A stretch of 64,000 nucleotides of DNA from Hydrolagus affinis (taxonomy: Eukaryota), in NCBI GenBank assembly GCA_012026655.1, contig JAAILG010000030.1, forward strand, positions 124,001 through 188,000. Reading direction: 5' to 3'. The notes below the pieces were generated by a model. The model was given only the letters and a program-made list of their open reading frames with translations, searched no databases and was not told where the DNA came from. This document shows, in pieces, positions 1 through 12,361 of this stretch. The first letter of the stretch is position 1. Each line of letters starts with the position of its first letter. Both the position numbers and the translations under genes were made by a program.

Positions 1-620
1 ATATTTATACGAAAGCGCCAACCTATATGCTCTCATTTTATAACAGAAACACATTCAGTATTCACAGACATACACATACACAAACACAGATTGACAAGGG
101 CATTGTTTTTACAAAGTCCTCCTAGGCAACAAACATACACACCAAATCAGTACAGAGTGTTGCTTCTGGTTTTAACATTCATGGTTAACACTGGCATGTT
201 TGTGTCTTATCCGTGTGAATTGTGCAGAATAAGGACTTAATTTTTATGCTTTGGACAATTACATCAGTGCTGCTGGTGGCTTTCATTTACAGAATTTACT
301 TGTATTTACTTGACTGAACAACTGAATTATGTTTCTTCTCTTCCCCTCCCCTTTTACATGTGAGCTACAAGCTAAGATTTCTCCATTACGTTCATTCCAT
401 ATTTGGTCCTTTCCAAATTTACAACACTTTATTTATTCAAAACTGATGGAACTGTTTTGAAAGGAAATTTTCCACAGTTACACCAAGAACATGTCCCAAA
501 TGACTGCATATTTATTTGAAAGCTCCCCTTCACTGGTACAGATGGTATGTATACGTAGAGTAAGCTGCTGGAAACACAAGGTAATGTGAGACCTTCCAAA
601 TTGTGCTTGTGCATCCTTAG

Positions 621-863
621 AGTCAGAACCAGGAGAAATCCATGGATCAGCTGCAGAAAGAACTGGAAGCCAGCAAACGGGCACATGAATCGGAAATGGA
701 CCGCTTCAGCCGTGAAAATGCTCAACTTCAGAAGGAGCTGGATTCTTGTACCAAGGAATTGCAGGAGAGAATGGCCAAAATGCAGCAGTACAAATGCACA
801 GTGGACGTGCTAAATGCTGACCTGCAGCGCGGACATCGGCTTCATCAAGAGGTGGTAGATGAA
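621..863 (+). CDS. PMFBP1: Coiled-coil protein (PMFBP1-like), first exon in window (internal, 243 nt, phase 0-0)
   Basis: Acceptor ccttag at 619-620, donor GAA|gtaagg; SQNQEKSMDQLQKELEASKRAHESE...HQEVVDE, heptad-rich. Confidence 0.88.
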
Positions 864-1950
864 GTAAGGCTCACTTTTTTTTCCTGTGTCACGTGTGGCG
901 CGATCTCGTCACTGTGCTGTCCAGCGCCATCGGACGTCCTTCTGATGTCAAAGGCGTTATACAAGTGTAATTTTGCTGTCGTTGTCCTGTGATGCTCTAT
1001 GATATTTTCTTGGTCCTGTGTGACTATCTTGTTGATGGTCATTAAATGATCATATGATAAGAGCGCGTTTCCAAAATATTCCTTAACATCCAATGGTACC
1101 CATAGATTTGAAAGATTGCACACATGTCTACTGTATGAGACCATCATGGGAAACTACAATGATGATGATCACCTGAGGAAACAAGACATTTATTTAAGTG
1201 GTTCTTTTCCTAAACTACAGGTTGTTTCCCCGATGACCAAAAAAGGATTTTCCCGAGAAAACATTTTTATTTCTTGAGCAGGAATTCATAGTGTATTCTA
1301 TGAGGGGAAGTATTTCCACTGCAAAGTACCTCTTTTTAACGTCTCAGCCACACGATTCACAAAAAAAAATCCTACCTAACGTATTTAGAGAAATCATTAT
1401 TGACAGCACTGAGCTGCACCCTTGAAAAGACCTGACATCTCAGGTCAGATGCAGGTTTTGAGTCTTGCTCAGCTGACGTCAGCTGCAGGCTCCATCCGTC
1501 AGCACCTGGACTGTCTCAGTGCAAATCCAGATACTTTTCATTCTTAGATGCTGATTTTAGCTGCCAATAAATATCACGTGTTATTGCACACATTGCATAA
1601 ATATGGATAACAAACATCCAGTATTCTTGATGATAGACCATCAGATGTCAACATTTTAAGACGTCTTACTCCCATATATAGCCAAAGTGCCAAGACAAGT
1701 TATGTTTCCTTTTCCTTTTGTATAATGTGTGATGTGATAAGCAATCATTTACGACACATGCAATGTCACTCTATTCAGGCAAGTATGATTGTCTGGTGGA
1801 GTAATTGGAAATTTCAACATATGCAAGCAAAACAAAGTACCCTATTTTAGGCTTAGAGAAAACAACTAAGTCTTCTGTGTCCCAACAAGTTTTGATAATT
1901 TACCGCCATGGAAACACTGTATTTCTACTCTAAATTGATCACGAGTTCAG

Positions 1951-2095
1951 GTGTCAGCCTGGCTCAGTGGGTAGAACTCCTGCCTTTGGGTCAGAAGGTT
2001 TGGGTTCAAGCTCAGGACTTTGAGCTCATAGTCGAGGCTGACACGAGCAGTGCTGGGGATGCAACGCTTAGATGAAGTTGCCCTTCTTTGGATGA
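1951..2095 (+). mobile_element. Old tRNA-derived DeuSINE (SacSINE1-like), 5' part
   Basis: gtgtcagcctggctcagtgggtag (A box), gggttcaagc (B box), ggctgacac; same head at 9750(-), 16931(+), 49790(+). Confidence 0.7.
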
Positions 2096-2305
2096 ACAAC
2101 TACAGATCAGAGAACCATCCAAATGTGATTGCCTATGTTTCCCAGTCCTTGCCAATCCATGGAAATGTCTCGATGTTTGTACCGAGTTTATACTTTTAGG
2201 ATACTTGGTAGAGATTCCTTAGTAGCCTTAGGCAACCAACCTTCACACCTCTACGTCTTCACCTGTTTTGTGAAAACTGACACATTCCGCATGCATGTTT
2301 TTCAG

Positions 2306-2536
2306 GTGTGTCGGTGTGAGGAAGTTCTGCGCAAACAGGAAGCGGAAATGTCTCAGCTCAGACGGCTGCAGTTTGACTCCGACGACTGTTTAGTCGAAGC
2401 CAATCAGAAATGTAAATCTGTTGAAATCACTCTGGATGTATTTAAGCAGAAATACCAGTCTTGCATGAAGAAGATCGCGGAGCTGGAATGTGCCAAGCAG
2501 ATCCTGGAGGGCGAATTAACAGAAGCGAACAATCAG
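2306..2536 (+). CDS. PMFBP1: PMFBP1-like exon 2 (231 nt, phase 0-0)
   Basis: tttttcag|GTG ... CAG|gtcagt; VCRCEEVLRKQEAEMSQLRRLQ...LTEANNQ. Confidence 0.9.
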
Positions 2537-2877
2537 GTCAGTCCACAAGGAGAGAACCTGCAGTTAATCTTCCTAGCATTGTAGAAAACCTACAATGGTA
2601 TGCAATGGAATTTGCTATTTCACCACGCTTTTAAGTTCTAAATGTTTTCAAGTCAGGAGAAAATATGGCACAATATTTTTGGTAAATTGCTGGAAGGATG
2701 TCCTTAGACTTCTTCCCCTCTCCCTAACCCCCCAATCCCACCCCCCCTCTCACTGTTCTATTTCCAGAATGTTATTGGTCTCAATTATTTGCATTCTGAA
2801 GCTGTTGCAAGTTGTGAGCAGAGAAACTGTGAGGGGACTATGGGACTACGTATATACTTACACTATGATATAGAGTA

Positions 2878-2970
2878 AAACAAAACACAAAATACTACAG
2901 ATGCTGGGAATCTGAAACAAAAACAAAAGTTGCTGGGAAAACTCAGCAGGTCAAGCAGCATCCATGGAAA
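2878..2970. mobile_element. Penelope-like terminal repeat remnant
   Basis: agatgctgggaatctgaaacaaaaacaaaagttgctgggaaaactcagcaggtcaagcagcatc; related motifs at 4235, 4658 and 31027; family call from memory of shark repeats. Confidence 0.45.
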
Positions 2971-2974
2971 TATA

Positions 2975-3688
2975 CAGTAAAAGCCCGTTTATAGGGCACC
3001 CGCGGGCCCTGGCCATTACCAGTTAAAGCGCCTGCCGGATATTCGGGCGGCCCACGGCCGAAACCCCACCACAAAAAAATTAAAGTTCTTTTAACACACA
3101 CCATACACATCAGATAATAACAGATAATAACAGAATATTGTATTGGTACCTATTGTTAAAACTACTCTCTTGCGTTTTTCTCACCTTTACTGGTTGAGGT
3201 TTACAGTCCAGCGATTCTTTTTGCAACGCCATGCAGGTGAAAAAAACGTCAGCGCGACTTTAAAGTCGCGCGACTACCAGCGGCAAGCTGATAACCCTAG
3301 ACTCTACAAACGGCAAACCAAAATACTGTACCTGCGTGACAGTGTGGGTATTGACTAGGGGTATCGGCTTGCCGCTAGTAATGCTTTAAAGTTGCGCTCA
3401 GTTTTTTTCACCCGCTTGGCGTCCTCCATTTTAAAAAGAATCGCTGGACTATAAACCTCAACTGCAGCATCTACCAGTAAAGGTGAGAAGCGCAAGAGAG
3501 AAGTTTTAACAATAAGTACCAATACAATAACAATTATGTTATTATCTGTTATTATTTATGTATTTACAAATGCTTCACCGCTGTTGTTCTGGATATGTTC
3601 CGGGTTACCGAATGGGGACTTTTTTTGGAACGTGCCGGTTATACGGAAGTGCCAGTTCATCGAATCACACATAAACGAGCTTCTACTG
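2975..3688. mobile_element. Non-autonomous Tc1/mariner-pogo (Tigger-like) DNA transposon with internal foldback
   Basis: TA target duplication on both sides; TIR CAGTAAAAGCCCGTTTAT vs CAGTAGAAGCTCGTTTAT (rc of right end); CpG-rich; internal inverted arms. Confidence 0.85.
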
Positions 3689-5398
3689 TACACAGTAATG
3701 TGCATTTCATTCTTGCAATAATTATTCTTTATTAATTCATCCCTGAAAGCATACACAGTCTTGGGAAATGCAGATGCATTATATACAGAATAATTTATAC
3801 AGAATATGGAAAAATTACTTGGCATTTACTTAATTAGATTAGGGCCCTAATCAGATTAGTATTGAAATCACTCTCAGTATGCATAATTGTTTATAATATA
3901 CACTGGTTCAATTTTATGTGAAAGTGTTATTCAATTTTGACTGCATATGTGCCAGCAGCGTCTGTCAATGCAGGTGCCAAGTGTCCTTGCACTTAACATG
4001 TTCTTGATGCATGATGACATTCACAAGAGGATTAACATTTGTGATGTCATTATACCAGGTTTATTGAGGAGTAATCTGTTGTGATTACTTGGAACGCTAT
4101 GTCCAATGTACACTATGTAAACGTGCTGTGTTAGCAATATGAAATCCAGCGCAGCAAAGAGATTAAAAGACATCAAAGAGGAGAAAGGAGACTGGAATAT
4201 TCCGGAACTCAATGGTCTCACCGAAGCTAAAAGTATATTTGAAATAAAAACAGAAATGCTGCAAATCCACAAATGGATCATATTGTAGATTTTCCAAGGG
4301 AATCATAATGATTAATTTTAATTGTAACATCATTGAACCTCAGCTATTGCCCCTGTTTTCCTTTTCAAGGTTTCCCAGATTCGGTTTTCTTCTCCCATTC
4401 CCCTTTACGTTCGCTAAATTGTAATATAATTTCACATCTTTTTGCTGCTATCTCATGTAATTTTGCTTTGTTCCCTGAAATTCGCATCAATAGCATTGAT
4501 AGGATTCTGTTAATGCTCATCAAGATGATTTTTCTCCTTTCTAATTTATTTTGCTTGCCTTGCCCTCCTCTGCACCATATATCATCCCACTGTTTCAATT
4601 ATGATAAAGACTAATTGGTAAAACGTTAGATTTCATGACTCTGATTTGTTTTTGTACATTTCCAGCATTTCTGTTCTTATTTCAAATATCCAGTAACTAA
4701 CCTTGTGATTTTTAAAATTAAGGGATTTTGTTTATGCAGGAGGGAGGGTTCCATTATAATTACCCTCAGTGCTTCTTATTTATTTATTCATTAACTTATT
4801 CATTATTTGATTATGTTAATTTGGTGCTGACATTGTCAGTCTAGGTAACTCCTCAGAGCCATTATCCCCCAAAGATGTCATCAGCCCTTATTGCTTAAAC
4901 AAATATATCCATACAAATCAACAGAACAAGAGCAACTAAAATATGTTAGAATTGACCATAAAGAATTTCAAATGCTTTCATTCTCCAAAGAAACACAGAA
5001 TTTCATGGGACACGACCTCCATCCTTTGGTCTTTTGGTGTCTTAATTGCAAATTAAGTAGAACTGTATCTTAAACACACAGACAACAAGAATAACAAAAT
5101 CACATTTGTATAGCACCTTTCATATCAAGAGGACGTCCCAAGGCACTGTAAGGACAGAATTAAAGGGGAAAATAATCAAAAATATCCTTTTATTTGATAT
5201 AACATCTTTGATATAATAATGTCTTCGAAACATCTCAAAGCGCTTCACAGAATATACTGGAAAGTGAATTGATTGTGTTTTGTGGTATTTTGTGGATTTA
5301 TTTATTTAACATTTATTTGAACAAAGTATGCAATTTAGATATTTATCTGGACTATTCTTGTTTCTAACTTCTCATTGTTGGACATGTTATTTAATTAG

Positions 5399-5629
5399 AT
5401 CGTCAGTCGTGATGAGACTGTCTGTAAAGTTCGGAGCGAGCTTCTTACATTGCAAGGCCAGTGTGAAACCAAGCGCGGTAAAGTGGAAAGTTGTGAGGAC
5501 ACAGTCCATCAGTTGACCAAGGAGCTGCAGGTTGCAAAAGCTGCTCTGAATGCATCCAGAGAACATATTAAGCAATACGAGGAAGTGATTCGCTGTCTTC
5601 GGGATAAAGCATTTCTTCATCGTAGTGAG
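5399..5629 (+). CDS. PMFBP1: PMFBP1-like exon 3 (231 nt, phase 0-0)
   Basis: taattag|ATC ... GAG|gtaaac; IVSRDETVCKVRSELLTLQ...AFLHRSE. Confidence 0.85.
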
Positions 5630-7319
5630 GTAAACATAAGATGCGTGTATTCACCTGTAGATGTGCTGAGCAAGCTTGAGAGAAGAAATCTTTCCATCAC
5701 TATTTTCAATCCGTTTTTATGGAGAAGTAAATTTATACAAATCTAGAAATGATTCATTCAATTCATGGCTGTTTGTGAAACTTTGCTGCGCACACGCCGG
5801 TTGCCATGTTTGTCTACAAATACAGTCACTACACTTGACAGAACTTCCCTGTGAATCATTTTAAGACACGGCTTTTGTTGATTTTATAGAATAATCGGTG
5901 AAACGTAAGATTCTTCCACCTCTCCTGACAGGTTCTTTGAATGTGGCTAAGTCAGGACTACATTTGGTCCTTGTTTGGTTCCAACCAAAGTCTCATTGCA
6001 CCATTAAACACTGTGCCCACCAACAAATCACTGGCTTTTACCATGTTGCTAATGAGTCATTTCCTTCATGAATTTGTACCGAATTCACAAACATTTCGCT
6101 TTTTCTATTGGTTAATCTACTACTTTAAAATGTGGATTACACGGCATGGTCAGTAGACTACTATTGGCTGCTATTGTTTCGTAGAAGATTTTCGCGTTTC
6201 AGGAAGATATTTAAGAATGAATGCCAGACACTCAAGCACGTGTTGTTTTGTAAGCACACTTTCAAAAATATCATTAAACAGGATTTATTGCCAACATTAA
6301 AAGGTAAGGGGAATGTCAGACATTGTGTATCTATTTTTTTGCCCATTGCAGCCCAATTTGTGCAATTTTATTAGGTGTTCCAACAAACAGAAGAAAGATT
6401 GCCAAATGCTTTTCATTAAAGATGGTGTAACAGTATGGGTATTCTTCTTACATGAGCATGTGCTGTACCTTTTTCTGTTTTGCCATTATTTGACCTTTGG
6501 TTCTCTATGTTTTTTGTCAGTTTTATGGATTAATCAGTGAAATGCAAGCAGATTATTCACTGACATTAAAACAAAGATTGATTAGGTAAGACAGCTGTGT
6601 AAATTTAGTGGAGCTTTAGAGATTCCGATCGCTGGGTAAAATAGAATACAGTATTGCCCCCAACAGAAAGCAGCTGACTTGTAACTGGGGACAATTCAGA
6701 TTTGTGCAGCGAGGATGTATTTAAATATGGATGAAGAAGAGATGCAGTCAACATGCATATTTCATGAAAGAGTGAAATCAGAAAGCTCTCACTTCATTAG
6801 AATTTTAACATTTCTCTTATATCTTTTTTAAGAGGATTATTATATTTAATTAAGTTAGATGCAAGGAAAGAGAAGCCCTTAGCTCAGCACTGTGACATTA
6901 AAGTAAATTCCTGCGGTACTGTTTTATGCCATTTTCCTGAGCTAATAGGATTCGCTTAGATTAGAAAATGTTTTTGAGGAGTCTTTACAAGGTTCACTAA
7001 AGTCCATTTTTAAGATTTGCTACTTTGAAAATGATGAAAGGTGCTAAACAGTAATGGGTGACAGTTACAATGAATCATGTGCGATTTTATATTCTTTACT
7101 TCCCATTTATAAATGATGTTAGGAAATTACGAGTAGCATTGCGTTGATAGATAGACTTGTTAACTGCTTTGACTTTGTACAGTATCTTGTTTATATATTT
7201 GTGGAGTGAAATGCCATCTAAATTTAGTTTTATGTAGCCTTTCAGAGCTTCCACAGTTTGGCAAATAGTTCTGGGCGTTCTATGAAGGTGTGAATAGTGC
7301 AATGGTTTAGAACATTGTC

Positions 7320-7560
7320 CTTGGCAGGTTCCGGCCTGCTCTATGTCTCCCGTCCTACCATCGGTGTCTGGGCTTTCAGCCTCTCCGCCCCTACACTTTG
7401 GAACTCCATCCCACAATCCCTTTTGTACCTTGCTCCCTCCCTTGCCTCCTTCAAGACCGGTCTCAAGACTCTTCTCTTCGACCGTGCCTTCAGTTGCCAT
7501 TCTACCTTTCTGCCTCCCTCATCCTAACCCAACCCCCCTCCTCCACCCCTCCCACCATGT
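7320..7560 (+). mobile_element. L2-clade LINE 3' ORF2 fragment
   Basis: Translates to IGVWAFSLSAPTLWNSIPQSL...SFKTGLKTLLFDRAF, the L2 ORF2 C-terminal motif. Confidence 0.82.
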
Positions 7561-8899
7561 TGAAATGCAACATAAATAGAGTAAATCTAGACCCAGGTGG
7601 ATTTTCTCCCAGTCAATCACTGTTGTGCTTTGTAAGAAAACAGTTGCCACCAGAACAAGCATAGCACCAATCCGTTCAAAGATTATTGGAAAGTTATTAG
7701 TCATTTGTGAGGTTCTATATTTAAGACAAAGTCATGTGGTCTTACACCAGAGTTTCTATAGCTCTGTTTTCCAAATGGCTGAAGTTTGTTGACTGGTACT
7801 TAATGTTTTACAAAGTTCTTTGTAATTTATGATGCTCTTCATAATGAATAATCTGAAATATAACCTTGTTGTAGCTGCTACCAATAAGATAATCAATATC
7901 ACGCTTTGCATTGTTATACTAGGACAATTTGATGGGCCTAGAAACCTCCTTATATCATGGCAATTAGAACTGTAAGCGCTGTTTTAAGTGTTTCTTGACC
8001 AGAGGACTGTAAAGCTTTATTATGATTTCTGGGTATATGAATTCAATTCATTTGGCAATATAGTCCCAAAGCAGACACGGTGGATTGAATGGTTGCCATC
8101 TGCGTTGTTGTTTTTTATGGTTCTGTGGCATCTTTTGGTTTGCCTTTTTACTCAATCTGAGCACGGTAACCCTTTTGAAGTGAAGGGCTAGCTGTGTATT
8201 TAAGCAACGCAGTTGTCTTGGGTGCAAGACACAGAATGTTTCTGCACAGAATAGTGGTAATGTGGGGTATTAATTGTATCCGGACAAGGTAATTTTACTG
8301 CATTGGATATTAGTGGTGCAGTCAGAGTCGGGTAATCTCACATATCTAAATCCTGTAGGGACTAGAAGTGTACATGCATAAGCAAAAATAGTTGCAGGTT
8401 ATGTGCAAAAGAAACCAAAAATCCTATTTAACAATCCACTGCCAAAAATCCCCTTCATTAGAAACAAATACAAACATGAATTTATAAAATCAGCGAACTC
8501 AAGACTGACTGATCCAGCAGAGGATACCGAAATCCTGAGGGATGCCAAAGCTGGAAGAGTTAAAATGATACTACCTCTTAATTTGCCTTTAGGGCTCAGG
8601 ATTAAATCTGAAAGTTACAGTAATACGACCAATCAAAGCCGGAGAATAAGTGTAGTGGACAGCTAAGTGTAAATAAAATTCTTCCTATAGTTGAGGGGAG
8701 AGAAAAGCCAGTGACCCGTTAAAATTAAGCTTCGGTGGAATTGGCATTTTCTTGTGTTATATTTGATTTTATATTGATTTCGGACCATAAAGTTATCTGA
8801 CTATTCAATTTGTAAAAATGTCGTCGAGGTAGTAGGCTTCCATTAGTCACATGAAGTCACTTGGACTATAAAGCATTATTGATTTGAGTTCCTGTTAGC

Positions 8900-9330
8900 T
8901 GAGTGGATGCCAGGAATGTTTCCTTTCAGTTGTTTGTAGTATGAAAAGTGGGCTAAAGTAACTCCTGGGAATAGGAAGCAAAAGTCCTTTCAGGCCTTAT
9001 GTCCCACCAAACATTTCTGTGGAATCTTGTGGCACCCAAAACTGATGCTTGTGTGCAGTTGGCGTTTAATGTGGCTGCTGTAACACTTGTTTGATCAAAG
9101 TTGATGCCTTTCCATGTTGGCAGTTTGAAGTCACCCAAAATGCTGGGAATGCTGTCCCTTTGGGGGTGGTAATTTGCTGTGCCGTTCAGGAGTGAGATCC
9201 AAGTTCACAGCTGTAATTCCCTTCATGGTGTTATCACTGCCATTGTTTTCCAATTGCCACATCAGCATTGCAACCAGTTTTTATGCTGTAAATCCACAAC
9301 ATTATTTCCCGCCTACGGTGGCTGTTCTCT
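8900..9330 (-). mobile_element. Possible degraded LINE apurinic endonuclease remnant
   Basis: Minus-strand GTANYHPQ ... SILGDFKLPTW resembles the YRPP and ILGDFNLP motifs; heavily decayed. Confidence 0.35.
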
Positions 9331-9394
9331 TGTGACTCACTTCATCCAATAATAATCCTTAAATTTGATAAAGAAACTTTAATGTCGGAAGAGA

Positions 9395-9750
9395 GTCTCA
9401 AAATGTTTCACAGTTATGTTTCCTGTAAAGTGTAATGACGGTGTACTGTGTAAGCCAGTGCGATTTGTATACAGCAATGTCCCATAAATGACCAGGAAAT
9501 GAATATCCAATTTTAACAGGGGGATTCTGGGCCAGGACAGACGCTGTCCTTTCTCTCTTTGAATAGTGCCATGGGGTCTTTAACATCCACTTGAACAGGC
9601 AGACGTGTCCTTGGTTTCATATCTAACCCCCAAATGCATAATCTCTGACTATGCAGAACCCCCTCAGTGCCAGCTGGACTCAAGCGGGGCTTCAATCCGT
9701 AAGGTTCTGACTCAGAAGCGAACCTACTACCAATTGAGCGAGGCTGACAC
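9395..9750 (-). mobile_element. Old DeuSINE (SacSINE1-like), near full length
   Basis: rc head gtgtcagcctcgctcaattggtag; core gatgttaaagaccccatggcactattcaaagag...gtcctggccc. Confidence 0.75.
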
Positions 9751-12238
9751 CTTATCTTTGGCAAATTAGATTTTTCTCATTGAGGATTGAGTGTTTGAAC
9801 TTACTTTAGTTGAGTCCTGATAATATGGTTAATTTAGCATGATCCTATAAATCCAGGAATCCCTAAACCGATTGTTCCCTTTATGTTGCTGTACCTCAGG
9901 CTGGGTGATTTGTGCATTTCGGTTTTCAATTAAATTATAATCTAAAAGTCCACAATGAAATCGCCAGATTATGTCATTTACAATGTGCAGTGCCTTATTA
10001 ACTAGGGTAATGTTGGTCGTAGACTTTCTCATTTGTGAAATAATCTGAAAATTGCACTGTGTCCTGTGGGCATCTTACATAAATGCACACCTTGTTTATT
10101 GCAGAGCATTAAGTGGCTTAGTTATAGGAATATAGATAAATGTATAACAAATGTATTTTACCAGGGGCTCCGTGATTTTTTTCTCTGATAATGAAATTAG
10201 TTTACATGTTTTTGCAGCGCAAAGTTACCATTTGAAGACAGGTGTGGCATTAAAACCTTGTTAACATTATATTGGAGGTTATCTGAATGATGCATTTATA
10301 AATTGTGTTTGCCCTGAGGGTAACACAAAAAAGATTGATGTTTTCACCCTTGCTAGGTTTTGATTTGCAGCTTTGAGTTACTTGTATAAAACATTGTTAT
10401 TTACATTTGCTGGTACTGTCTATGATAACCGACTGAGTTCATTTCACCAATTCAATGGGGAAGTCAAAACTAACTGATCCAGCAAACTGGTCTTTCTCTT
10501 CTCCCAAACAGACACACAAACATACTTTAGTAGCATACAAGAGCTGAAATGATTTGCAATGAATATTTAGCAAAACTGACCAACCTTTCTCGATTGTATT
10601 TTTTCTATGACAATTGTGGGCATAATATTCTGATTTGAGATTTTCTCCCTTTGAACCCATTTGTGACCTCTGCTGTTCAATGGTATAATAAGCATTAGAA
10701 GTATTTACTTTTGATAATAATTCATTAGTAATTCATTAGTTTTTTTTGTTTATATGTAACAAAGGGATTTGTAAATATACTTGGGACAAATCAACTGTAC
10801 ATATGGAGGCAGGAAACAAGTCAATAGTTCTTATAAGATTTTGTTTGTATTACGTAATACATTCATCAATGAGTTTCTTTTCATTGTTTCAAAGAAAATA
10901 ACTTTGTTCTATCACAGTATGTAGTACCCGCTGCCTCCGCTCTATAGGGTCCAGCTTCCTCTTTGTCCCCCGAATCTTAAAATCTACTTTTTCAGTGTTT
11001 CTTTTGTCCACTTTTATGCTCTGTAATTTTACCAAATGCATTTCTATTCATATTACAAATTGCATGATGTTGTTGTTGTTCTGCCAGGAGTTTGAGAATT
11101 TTCTGAATCTCCATCGTAGTGAGTGAAGTTCAAATCATGATCACATATAAACATATTTGCTGGTTCTCGTGAGTTTGTAAAACTGATTTTGTAATACGTC
11201 AGCCTTGGTCTCTTCTTGATCTATTTCACTTTCACGAACTCAAGCCTTGCAGCTCTATATTCCTGTTGGATGTACAGTATAGGATAAGTTTGCATTGAGA
11301 AGCGTTTTATCGAGGTTCATCCTGTCCATTATCAGCGAGCCTCAGGGAGACAAGAGGAACAGTATACAAGGAATGCAAAAACAATTTCCTTTGAAACTTA
11401 CTTTATAATTCATAGAGAGATTTTTTCCTGTTCTTTTCAATCAATTCCAAAGAATAATGTCAATATCCTTTTTAATGAAGAGAATAACCTCAGGTTGTGT
11501 TTAACTATTTGCAGGTTTGTTATCAAAATGGAAAGATTAAAATTTTAAATGAATTAGTTTCCTGTCTTAAAAGTGAGAAGGAACAAGAGTCATTTTAATT
11601 GTGCTGTGTCTCTGATCACTAATTTTTCACCTCCTTTCACTTAAAAGTATTCATAATTTAAAATTTAAACATGAGATTATAAATTCCTCTTGAAATTATA
11701 ATAAATAATATTAATAATCATCCTTAGTCACCTTTGCGACCTTTAATTAAGCACCTTTGTAACTTTTCTCAGATTCCCAGATTGACAATCTGTCAAGAAT
11801 AATGCATTACATCAATAATTTAAAAAAAACTTTTTGGATTATCACCAGCTGATGAGTTTGGGAACAATCTGTTGAAGGCTAACTTGTTACCTTGGTACTT
11901 TTTGAACCCCATTGAACAAGACATCCTTTTCTTATCAACACTTTCTTGTGAGATTGAATGAGGGTTGAAGGGTAAGGATCTTTGTGCTCCTGTTTATAAT
12001 GCAGCTTTTTCACTTACATGATGGAGGCTAGTTTCTTCAGAAAATGCAGTGTTCAAGAGGGCAAAGGGATACTTCAATATATTTTTATAGAAATGCAGCA
12101 TTGCAATTCATCTAAATGCTAGGCTTGCTTTAAAAGCTACTCACAAATAGAAATACATGTAAGCTAACCAAAGATACTTCCACAGGGAAAGATAGATAGT
12201 TGCTTTCCTTCTAACCACGGACATATCTTTCATTACAG

Positions 12239-12361
12239 GCTACCGAACAGGAAGACACTATTGCAAAACTCCAAACAGATTTTGCTTCCTACAAAGCCAT
12301 TCACAGCCACTCTGACAAAGAGTATGAATCTCAGATTAGTCACATTGAAAGTCTTAAAAAG
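12239..12361 (+). CDS. PMFBP1: PMFBP1-like exon 4 (123 nt, phase 0-0); not in ORF track
   Basis: ttcattacag|GCT ... AAG|gtgggt; ATEQEDTIAKLQTDFASYKAIHSHSDKEYESQISHIESLKK. Confidence 0.85.

Noticed and set aside
429-725. Minus-strand ORFs overlapping exons (also 20097-20456, 27678-28073, 31253-31504, 31999-32322, 47742-48065)
   Set aside because: Antisense shadows of coiled-coil exons with Leu/Phe/Ser-rich translations; no independent gene signals
642-992. ORF-track entries as stand-alone small genes
   Set aside because: Coding character ends at GT donors and starts at AG acceptors; they are exons of one spliced gene, and the other short ORFs are chance or repeat-derived
11290-11375. Additional coding exon in intron 3
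   Set aside because: No convincing acceptor/donor pair with a coiled-coil frame; the flanking exons already join in phase
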